Assembly: GCA_963664405.1 (NCBI GenBank)
Contig: OY761158.1
Location: 6,592,001 to 6,656,000, forward strand
Direction: 5' to 3'
Length of the DNA: 64,000 nucleotides
Origin: Thermoanaerobaculia bacterium
Lineage (GTDB): Bacteria; Acidobacteriota; Thermoanaerobaculia; Multivoradales; Multivoraceae
Position numbers and translations under genes: made by a program
The notes under the pieces: generated by a model
Databases searched by the model: none
What the model was told of the DNA's origin: nothing
Seen by the model: the letters and a program-made list of their open reading frames with translations, nothing else
Part shown: piece after piece, positions 16,898 to 24,192 of the stretch
Numbering within the stretch: the first letter of the stretch is position 1
How the letters are laid out: the number at the start of each line of letters is the position of its first letter

Positions 16898-17950
16898 TTA
16901 GTCGCGGAGAAGCTCGTCGACGGCGGCGCGCTTGATACGATAACTGGAGCCAATCTTCTTCGCCGCCAGTTCCCCGCTGGAGATGACGCTCATTACGTCG
17001 TCCTCGGAGACGCCGAGGATCTCGGCGACCTCTGCCGGAGAGAGAAGCTGAGGAGTTGGCGCTGTAACTGTGCCGGCCGCCGCCGCGCCGCTGAAGAGGT
17101 TGCTGCCCTGCTGCTGCATCATCTGTTGGGCGATGGCGAGGCCGACCGCCATTTCGGTCGCCATGCCGCCGGCGCCGCCGCCGCCGCTGCTCATGCCCTC
17201 CGCCATCTGCAGCTTGACGTAGTCGTTGAGATCGCCAAGGGCTGCCATGCTCGATCGCTTGTCGATAGCCTTCTCGACCTCTGGAGGAACGGAGATGTTC
17301 TCGACCACGAAAGTCGTGATCTCGAGTCCGTACTTCGCCGTGACGGTGGGGTTGATGAGCGGCAAGAGAGCGTCACCGAGCTCCGAGTAGCGGGTGGAAG
17401 CGTCGAGTACGGGGATATTGGACGAAGCCAGGGCGTCGCTAAAGCAGCTGACGATCCTCGAGCGCATGGTGTCGGCGAACTCTTCGAGGCGAAAGTTATG
17501 GTCGGACCCAGCCACTTCTCTGAGAAAGAGCTTGGCGTCGACGATGCGAAAGTCATAGGTTCCGAAAGCCCGCGCCCGAACGATTCCAAAGTCCTCGTCG
17601 CGCATCATGATGGGGTTCGCGGTTCCCCACTTATTGCCGGTGAAAAGGCGTGTATTGAGAAAATAGAGATCTGCCTTGAAGGGGGATTCGAGGCCGTACT
17701 TCCAGGACTTGAGTCGAGTCAGAATAGGGATGTTGTCGGTTTCGAGGGTCCATTTCCCAGGACCGAAGGTGTCACCGAACTCGCCAAGGTAGATGAACTG
17801 CGCTAGCTGAGATTCGCGCACGATCAGTTGGGCGCCTCTCTTGATCGCCTTGTCGTCGTCTGGAAAGCGGTAGGAGAGAACGTCTCTCGAGTCGTCGGTC
17901 CATTCGATGATCTCGAGCAGCTCGCCCTTCAGAAAGTCCAGTATGCCCAT
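16898..17950 (-). CDS. SPFH/band-7 domain protein (YdjI-like) fused to a C-terminal excisionase-type HTH
   Basis: IIEW, IKRGAQLIVRESQ, WKYGLESPFK, KWGT.NPI, RAFGTY and ENISVPPEV; tail LLSPAEVAEILGVSEDDVMSVISSGELAAKKIGSSYRI is HTH_17-like. Confidence 0.85.
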   Translation of the reverse strand: MGILDFLKGELLEIIEWTDDSRDVLSYRFPDDDKAIKRGAQLIVRESQLAQFIYLGEFGDTFGPGKWTLETDNIPILTRLKSWKYGLESPFKADLYFLNTRLFTGNKWGTANPIMMRDEDFGIVRARAFGTYDFRIVDAKLFLREVAGSDHNFRLEEFADTMRSRIVSCFSDALASSNIPVLDASTRYSELGDALLPLINPTVTAKYGLEITTFVVENISVPPEVEKAIDKRSSMAALGDLNDYVKLQMAEGMSSGGGGAGGMATEMAVGLAIAQQMMQQQGSNLFSGAAAAGTVTAPTPQLLSPAEVAEILGVSEDDVMSVISSGELAAKKIGSSYRIKRAAVDELLRD

Positions 17951-18182
17951 TGGCTTGTATCCTCGTTGGGGGTCGTTTGTCTTGGAGTTGAGCTTGTTCG
18001 CGGCTAGGTAGCGGTCGGGTTCCTGGCTGACGCCAGCGGCTTCAACCTTCGAGGACTTGGGTCTTGATCTTCCAGCCTCGGGCCTCGAACTCGCTCCGAG
18101 CGCGCTCGGAGATGCGACCGGTGAGCCAACCCCTTCTTCAGCCCCGGAAAGGATATCGCTACGCAGGGTCGGCGGCCAGGAC

Positions 18183-18239
18183 TGAGAGTGATCAGGGTAG
18201 TTGATGGGATTCGCCTCTGTTCTAGTCACGGTAGTCGAG
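18183..18239 (+). repeat. Left end: terminal IR and two putative transposase-binding repeats
   Basis: tgatcagggtagttgat (18189-18205) and tagtcacggtagtcgag (18223-18239) resemble the right-end motif TGATCACGGTAATCGAT. Confidence 0.7.
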
Positions 18240-18427
18240 GGAAGAGCGTACTGGTCCCTCGGATAGCGTGATCAAAGCGGGCAAAAGAGCCGGCATCATC
18301 CGCGGCCACCGGGCGCGCCGTTGTTGTGGGGGGGGAGTGAGGTGCCCTCCGGGGGTTGACGTCCCCTCGGAGGGCGTGTCTTCTTTCGTTGAATTTAAAA
18401 ACGAAAGGCCGAAAGGAGACAGCCCTC

Positions 18428-18994
18428 TTGTACCAGACCCTGCTTCAGGATGCCAGTTTCTACGATCTACTGTTGCGACTCGACGAGGATCTAGCGGAGA
18501 AGACTCGCGCCCTAGGCTGCGAATGCGGTGGGCGTTTGCACCAGGCTCACTATCCACGTAAGCCTCGCGGAGGGCCCGAGGAGCTGCGCAGAAGGACCTC
18601 GTTGCGGCTGAGCTATTGCTGCTCGGTGGAGGGGTGCCGGCGTCGTCAGACGCCTGCGTCCTTTCGTTTTCTGGGCCGGAAGGTGTACTTCAGCGTGTTG
18701 GTACTTCTGGTCCCAGTGCTGCGGGAAGGGGCCAAGGGAGAGCGGCTGCATCGTCTACAGGAATTGTTTCAGGTGAGCGCACGTACGGTGCGCCGTTGGC
18801 AGAGATGGTGGCGAGAGGACTTCGGTCTCAGCCCGGTCATGACTCGCTTTCAAGGCTTTCATGCCGAGCCGATCCAGCGGCAAGACTTGCCGGGCTCTCT
18901 GCTCCTAGTCTTTCGTCAATTGTCGCCGGCAGGCGAGAGGGTGCTGGCGGTGATTCGCGCCCTATTGGTCGGGCCCTCTGTGCTAGCTGTGTGA
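18428..18994 (+). CDS. Transposon accessory protein with Cys/His zinc-finger and HTH
   Basis: TTG start after AAGGAG; CECGGRLH..YPRKPRG, YCCSVEGCRRR, and HTH-like LQELFQVSARTVRRWQRWW. Confidence 0.75.
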   Translation: MYQTLLQDASFYDLLLRLDEDLAEKTRALGCECGGRLHQAHYPRKPRGGPEELRRRTSLRLSYCCSVEGCRRRQTPASFRFLGRKVYFSVLVLLVPVLREGAKGERLHRLQELFQVSARTVRRWQRWWREDFGLSPVMTRFQGFHAEPIQRQDLPGSLLLVFRQLSPAGERVLAVIRALLVGPSVLAV

Positions 18995-19100
18995 GGGTCG
19001 CCGGAAACCCGCAGAAGATGCGTCTCGACTCGCCGAGAAGCGGGCCTTAAGGTCTCTGTTCTCGCCGCCGATTGAAGGAATCGGCGCCCAGGAGAGGGAG

Positions 19101-20525
19101 ATGAGCCATCGAGCCTCGACGCAACAACGCTGGGCGCAGTTTCGCTTCAGTGTGGTGGGTGAGCTGTTGGCTGCGCCTCCCGCACCGGGACATCTGCAGG
19201 TGGAATTGTCTCGACTCTCCCAGAAGGCCTGGCGCCATCCGATCACGGAGAAGGCGGTGTACTTTGCCCGCTCGACGATTGAGCGTTGGTACTACACGGC
19301 CCTGGCCGGTCGCGATCCGATCGGGGCGCTACAACGCCGATCGAGAAGCGACAGCGGCCAAGCGCGCGCCATCCCAACCCGGATCGCCGAGCTGATCCAC
19401 ACGCAATACAAGGCCCACCCGACGTGGAGCTACCAGCTCCATTGGGACAATCTGGACGTGGTGCTAAAAGAGCGACCGGAGCCAGGGAAGGTGCCTTCCT
19501 ACTCCACCCTGCGCCGCTTCATGATCGCGCACGGTTGGCCCAAACAACGACGCACGAAGGGAAAGGATCGCAGCACTGCCTCCGGTGCCCCTGCGCGCGA
19601 GAAGCGCAGCTACGAAGCCGAGTACGTCAACGGGCTCTGGCACCTCGACTTCCACCACGGCTCGCGCAAGATCCCGAGCTCCGCAGGGACCTGGGAAGTA
19701 CCGATGCTGCTGGCGATTCTCGACGATCACTCCCGGCTCACCTGCCATCTGCAGTGGTATCTGCACGAGACCGCCGAGTGTCTGATCCACGCTCTGATCC
19801 AAGCCTTCATCAAACGCGGACTGTGCCGCTCACTGCTCACCGATAACGGCAGCGCCATGATCGCCGACGAGACCACCGAGGGGCTCCTACGCCTCTCCGT
19901 CGTCCATCGCACCACATTGCCCCGGAGCCCCTATCAAAACGGGAAACAAGAAAACTTCTTTTCTCAAGTCGAATCCCGCCTCCTCGCCATGCTCGAAGGA
20001 CACGCGGATCTCAATCTGGCATTGCTCAATGAGGCGACGCTGGCTTGGGTGGAGATGGAGTATCACCGCACCGTCCATTCCGAGACCGGCCAGACGCCGC
20101 TCGACCGCTTTCTCGAGGGTCCCTCCGTCTCTCGGATCTGCCCCAGCCTGGACGAGCTGCGCTTCGCCTTCACCGCCGCTCGAAAGCGCACCCAGCGCCA
20201 AAGCGACGGCACCATCAGCCTCGACGGCACCCGTTTCGAGATCCCCTCTCGTTTCCATCATCTCAACCGGATCTCGGTGCGATACCAGAGCTGGGAGAAA
20301 AGCTCCGTCTTCATGGTCGACGAAAGCTCCGACGTCCCACTCGAGCGCCTCTACCCCCTCGACAAGGCAAGAAACGCTTCCGGCATCCGCCGCCCGATCC
20401 AACCCCAGAGCACCGACGAGCCGACAGGCCCGGAGCCTGGCATCGCACCCCTACTCCGCAAACACATGGCGGAGTACGCCGCCACCGGGCTCCCGCCCGC
20501 CTACCTCAAAAAGGAGACACCGTGA
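19101..20525 (+). CDS. DDE-type integrase/transposase (rve core + Mu-transposase C-terminal domain)
   Basis: N-terminal HTHs (STIERWYY, PSYSTLRRF); WHLDFHH, ILDDHSR, LTDNGSAM, NGKQENFF; C-terminal DGTISLDGTRFEIP. Confidence 0.92.
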   Translation: MSHRASTQQRWAQFRFSVVGELLAAPPAPGHLQVELSRLSQKAWRHPITEKAVYFARSTIERWYYTALAGRDPIGALQRRSRSDSGQARAIPTRIAELIHTQYKAHPTWSYQLHWDNLDVVLKERPEPGKVPSYSTLRRFMIAHGWPKQRRTKGKDRSTASGAPAREKRSYEAEYVNGLWHLDFHHGSRKIPSSAGTWEVPMLLAILDDHSRLTCHLQWYLHETAECLIHALIQAFIKRGLCRSLLTDNGSAMIADETTEGLLRLSVVHRTTLPRSPYQNGKQENFFSQVESRLLAMLEGHADLNLALLNEATLAWVEMEYHRTVHSETGQTPLDRFLEGPSVSRICPSLDELRFAFTAARKRTQRQSDGTISLDGTRFEIPSRFHHLNRISVRYQSWEKSSVFMVDESSDVPLERLYPLDKARNASGIRRPIQPQSTDEPTGPEPGIAPLLRKHMAEYAATGLPPAYLKKETP

Positions 20526-21364
20526 ACAACCAGAAACTACTGGCACTCTTCGGACTTAAGTGGAACCCCTTTACCCCCAACATCCCCGTCGAAGCGCTGT
20601 GGCGACACCCGCATCTCGACCACTTCTGCTGGCGCCTGGAGACCCTCGTCCACGACGGTGGCTTCGCATTGATCTCCGGTGATCCCGGCACCGGCAAGTC
20701 GGTCGCTCTACGCACCCTCGCTCACCACCTTCAACACCTGCCCGACCTGCGCACCGGAGTCCTCACGCGGCCACAGAGCAGTCTCGCCGACTTTTACCGT
20801 GAGCTCGGACAGCTCTTCGGGGTCCCGCTCAATCCACACAACCGATGGGCCGGATTCAAAGCCCTCCGACAGACCTGGCTCTCCCATGTCGATGCCACCC
20901 ATCAAAGACCCGTACTCTTGATCGACGAAGCCCAGGAGCTCGCCGCCAACGTGCTGGCCGAACTGCGCATCCTCGCCTCTGCGGACTTCGACTCACGCTC
21001 CATCCTCACCGTCGTCCTGTGCGGCGACTCCCGACTCACACAGCTCTTCCGACGAGACGATTTCCTACCCGTCGCCAGCCGCATCCGCGTACGCCTCCTC
21101 CTCGACTACCTGCCCCCAGAGACGTTGGCCGAATGGCTCCAGCACTCCCTGACACAAGCCGGAAACCCCAGTCTCCTCGACCACGAGGTCATCACCACTC
21201 TCGCCGAGCACGCCGCCGGAAACCTCAGAGTACTCGCACACATGGCCAACGAGCTCCTCGCCATGGCCGCCAAAGAAGAGCTACCCAACATCGATCAGAA
21301 GCTCTACCTCGAGGTCTTCTCGCCACCTACCTCCCAGCGCTCTCCCAGGAAAGCCCGTGCCTGA
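20522..21364 (+). CDS. ExeA-like AAA+ ATPase, transposition helper (TnsC/TniB/MuB analogue)
   Basis: GTG start overlapping the transposase stop; FGLKWNPF, Walker A GDPGTGKS, Walker B LLIDEAQ, SRI and GNLR. Confidence 0.9.
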   Translation: MNNQKLLALFGLKWNPFTPNIPVEALWRHPHLDHFCWRLETLVHDGGFALISGDPGTGKSVALRTLAHHLQHLPDLRTGVLTRPQSSLADFYRELGQLFGVPLNPHNRWAGFKALRQTWLSHVDATHQRPVLLIDEAQELAANVLAELRILASADFDSRSILTVVLCGDSRLTQLFRRDDFLPVASRIRVRLLLDYLPPETLAEWLQHSLTQAGNPSLLDHEVITTLAEHAAGNLRVLAHMANELLAMAAKEELPNIDQKLYLEVFSPPTSQRSPRKARA

Positions 21365-21704
21365 CTCCCCATCCGCCCAGCAACAACGACGGCACCTCCA
21401 GAGCGTCCTCGAGCTCTATCGACGACATCCCCAAACCACCGGACGAGTCAGAAACGCCGATCGCCGCCTCGCCGTACATCTCTATCGAAACGGCGTTACC
21501 CTCGACACCATCAACGCTGCCTTACTACTCGTCGCCGCCAGGAGATGCAACGAGGCACACACCACAACCCCCATCCAGAGTCTCCACTACTTCCTCCCCG
21601 TCATCCGAGAGATTCGCGATAGACCCCTCGATAACGGCTACCTCCGGTACCTTGAAACTCTCATCCGCGACAGCAGCCAAGACCCAGACCATCATTTACT
21701 GTGA
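21357..21704 (+). CDS. Small transposon accessory protein of unknown function
   Basis: Overlaps the ATPase stop; helical basic protein (VLELYRRHPQTTGRVRNADRRLA...IQSLHYFLPVIREI); its stop lies inside the right-end repeat. Confidence 0.7.
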   Translation: MPDSPSAQQQRRHLQSVLELYRRHPQTTGRVRNADRRLAVHLYRNGVTLDTINAALLLVAARRCNEAHTTTPIQSLHYFLPVIREIRDRPLDNGYLRYLETLIRDSSQDPDHHLL

Positions 21705-21737
21705 TCAGCCCGCCATCGATTACCGTGATCACTCTCA
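21691..21737 (-). repeat. Right end: terminal IR and two putative transposase-binding repeats
   Basis: atcatttactgtgatca (21691-21707) and atcgattaccgtgatca (21715-21731), followed by ctctca. Confidence 0.75.
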
Positions 21738-21742
21738 AGGAC

Positions 21743-21908
21743 CTAGACCAGCGTTTCCAGAGTTCGCGCACATATCTCGGCCCCTTCTGTCCGCTGACGG
21801 CGTTTCGCCTCCTCGACATATTGCCCAATATGCCTGCGTCGGCGCGCCTGGCCAGCGAACAGAATGACCTCGAGCTATTGCACACGAGCTTTGGAAGCGC
21901 TGGTCTAG
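21743..21908. mobile_element. MITE copy 3 (TIR type B)
   Basis: CTAGACCAGCGTTTCCA...TGGAAGCGCTGGTCTAG with the conserved core; begins immediately after the transposon TSD. Confidence 0.9.
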
Positions 21909-22101
21909 TTCTTCGCGTTCTCGATCGTGGTCGCGGCGGGTCTTGCGGCTGTAGCGGCTGAAGCCGACAGCAGGCCAGCTCCTCGAAAGCTGGGCTCTTG
22001 TTGATCATGACCCTGCCCTATAGTCTATCGAGCCGGGGGGAATGCTGTGGACCGCTCGGTTGTGAGTGAGGTCCCTTATTCGAAAGAGAAGGAGTCAGAA
22101 A

Positions 22102-22482
22102 ATGGGTATTGCACCGGGCCCGGCACAGACCGCGGCCGTCTTGATTGCTCTTGTGGCGTTGGTGGGGTGTGCGCAAGAAGTAGCCTCAGAGTCTGCGGCC
22201 TCGGCGATCGAGACCGGTGCGCAGGAGGCTGCTCCAGCTGCCGAGATCGGCCCGCATGAGATGAGCTGCGCGGAGATCAAGGAGTTGCTGGATGACGAGG
22301 CCTCCGAGGAGGAGGCTTCGTATCTGACGGTCTGGGCCTATGGAGTGCGCACCGGGGCCAAAGGGCTCGATTTCGAGAAGCATCCTGTGACCGTGGCTGG
22401 GCTCGAGCAGTTCGTGACCGGAGTGATTCTTGTCTGCAAGGCCGATACGGAGAAACTGTTCGTCGACGCGATCCTGGAGTAG
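22102..22482 (+). CDS. Lipoprotein, HdeA/HdeB-like
   Basis: Lipobox LVGC; MSCAE...W..G...VCKAD two-Cys pattern. Confidence 0.55.
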   Translation: MGIAPGPAQTAAVLIALVALVGCAQEVASESAASAIETGAQEAAPAAEIGPHEMSCAEIKELLDDEASEEEASYLTVWAYGVRTGAKGLDFEKHPVTVAGLEQFVTGVILVCKADTEKLFVDAILE

Positions 22483-22487
22483 CGCTC

Positions 22488-23120
22488 ATGGCACCATTAC
22501 ACAAGACAGTTTCTCTCGGACTCGCTCTGGCGATATTGGCTCCAGCCCTGACTCCTGTATTCGCCGCCGCGGCGCGGCGGACCACCGTTTCCTCGAGCTC
22601 GCGAGCTGCGGTGTCGAGGAGTCGGGGAACGGCTTCAGTGCAGCGAGGTGGGTCGTCGACGTACGCGCGGCGCACAACCAGCGTCTCGACTGCGTCTCGT
22701 ACTGCGGTGAGTCACACCACCGTTGTGAGCTCGCGCTCCTATGTTCACCGCGGCGTAGCCGTCTACAGGCCCCACGGGACCTATTACCATGGCTACGGTG
22801 GCTACTATAACGATGACGATGCCTGGAAGTGGCTCGCGTTCACCGCCATCACCCTCAAGCTCCTGGACAACCTGAACGAGCAGCAACAGCGCGAGCACGA
22901 GGCGGCCCAGGTCGAGGCGACGACCGCACCGGTGGGACAGCCGATCACATGGGATGACGGAAGCGCGACTGGGAGCGTAACGGCGACGAGACAAGGTCAG
23001 GACGCCGCGGGGAACCAATGCCGTGAGTTCCAGCAGGAGGTAACGATCGGCGGCGAGACCGAGCAGGCCTACGGAACCGCCTGCCTCCAGCCCGACGGCT
23101 CCTGGAAGATCCAGGAGTAG
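22488..23120 (+). CDS. Exported protein with RT0821/17-kDa surface-antigen-like C-terminal domain
   Basis: Signal peptide and an S/T/R-rich low-complexity region; C-terminus CREFQQEVTIGGETEQAYGTACLQPDGSWKI. Confidence 0.75.
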   Translation: MAPLHKTVSLGLALAILAPALTPVFAAAARRTTVSSSSRAAVSRSRGTASVQRGGSSTYARRTTSVSTASRTAVSHTTVVSSRSYVHRGVAVYRPHGTYYHGYGGYYNDDDAWKWLAFTAITLKLLDNLNEQQQREHEAAQVEATTAPVGQPITWDDGSATGSVTATRQGQDAAGNQCREFQQEVTIGGETEQAYGTACLQPDGSWKIQE

Positions 23121-23150
23121 AGTTCGTCGGGCGCCCCGCCGAGAGTCGGA

Positions 23151-24188
23151 TTACGCGTCTTCGGTGAGGTCGCTCTTGCTGAGCTTGAGCTTGTCGGCGG
23201 TATAGCTCGAGACTTCGTAGATCCACGAGTCGTGGAAACTGTTGAAAGTCCGGATCTCCTCTGACCTAATGAGCTGATCGGCCTTCTCTCGGAGCTCCGC
23301 CTCAGGCGTGTCTGCAGCGATCTCGACCCGACTGACCTCGTGGCTGCCGCGGACGCGCAGAAAGCTGCGCTCCCCGTCCTCGGCCAGCACCAACGTGTAG
23401 CTGCTGCCGTCTTTCAGTCTCACGACGAGCCGTCGGTCGAAGAGCAGCCCACGAATCTCGCTGTTGTCGGCAAGATAGACCTTGTCGAAGGTCAGGCGCT
23501 CTAGAATCGACGTGATCTTGTTGGTTTCGACCGTCTTTTCTTTCTTGGATGCGGGAATGTCGCTGAGTCGAAGCGGGCTCTCGAGATCCTCGGCCGAGAT
23601 AGTGAAGTCGCCGCCCTCAATCCGTAGCACCTCGGACCTAGATAGGTCGAGGATCTCCTTCTGCAGGAAAGAGTCGGCGCTGGTGGTGAGGTGGACGCCT
23701 TCGGAGCTGAGGTAGATGGCTGATTCGTCCACGTCGAGCCTTTTCAGGTAGCGACCTCTGCCCTCGGGAAAGTTCTTGCCGAGACGGATTCTGACCATCT
23801 CCTGGTCGCTTGCGTTGGAGAGCGCAATCTCCACGGTCTCTTCTCCCGGGGGCTCGATCTCGAGCTCGGCTTCGAGACTCTCTCCGCGGCCGATCTCTTT
23901 CTCCAGGCCAATCTTCAGAAGATCGTTCAGGAAACGGTTCACCGACTCGTTCTTGGCCACGTAGTCGTTGAGCTCGGCGACCGTGAAGTCACTATCGTGA
24001 CGCTCGAGAGTCGTCGTTTCGTCGCCCTTTGTGATCTCGATCAGGGAGACCTCGTCGGGTGTGAGATTTGGCAGGAATGTCTGTCCGCGCTGGAAGCGGT
24101 CGCCGCGCGAGACGCTGTCGGCATAGGCCCATAGAGAGCCGGCGAGGAGCAGGACCAAAGCAATCGTGAGCTTGACGTTGGTATTCAT
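23151..24188 (-). CDS. DUF4340 domain protein
   Basis: N-terminal TM anchor; fourth gene of a GldA/F/G-like operon. Confidence 0.65.
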   Translation of the reverse strand: MNTNVKLTIALVLLLAGSLWAYADSVSRGDRFQRGQTFLPNLTPDEVSLIEITKGDETTTLERHDSDFTVAELNDYVAKNESVNRFLNDLLKIGLEKEIGRGESLEAELEIEPPGEETVEIALSNASDQEMVRIRLGKNFPEGRGRYLKRLDVDESAIYLSSEGVHLTTSADSFLQKEILDLSRSEVLRIEGGDFTISAEDLESPLRLSDIPASKKEKTVETNKITSILERLTFDKVYLADNSEIRGLLFDRRLVVRLKDGSSYTLVLAEDGERSFLRVRGSHEVSRVEIAADTPEAELREKADQLIRSEEIRTFNSFHDSWIYEVSSYTADKLKLSKSDLTEDA

Positions 24189-24192
24189 CTTC

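Larger units (their letters stand above)
18183..21737 (+). mobile_element. Complete Mu/Tn7/Tn552-like DDE transposon with AAA ATPase and two accessory ORFs
   Basis: Ends TGAGAGTGATCAGGGTAGTTGATGG / CCATCGATTACCGTGATCACTCTCA (TG...CA, 22 of 25 bp inverted match); 5-bp direct repeat AGGAC at 18178-18182 and 21738-21742. Confidence 0.92.

Noticed and set aside
16763-17806. Long antisense ORFs (e.g. 16763-17806, 20845-21867, 46906-47868, 60137-61234)
   Set aside because: Shadow ORFs expected in high-GC DNA opposite or overlapping well-supported genes; no motifs.
16898-18229. 443-aa version of the SPFH ORF, and the long N-terminal extensions of ORFs 2573-3559, 13683-15092, 20045-21364, 32592-33530, 36661-38025 and 61476-62039
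   Set aside because: The extensions overlap other genes or cross the transposon end and lack family motifs; downstream starts fit better.
20522-21364. ExeA-like ATPase as a type II secretion component
   Set aside because: It lies inside IR/TSD-bounded DNA, is coupled to a DDE transposase, and has no peptidoglycan-binding domain or gsp genes nearby.
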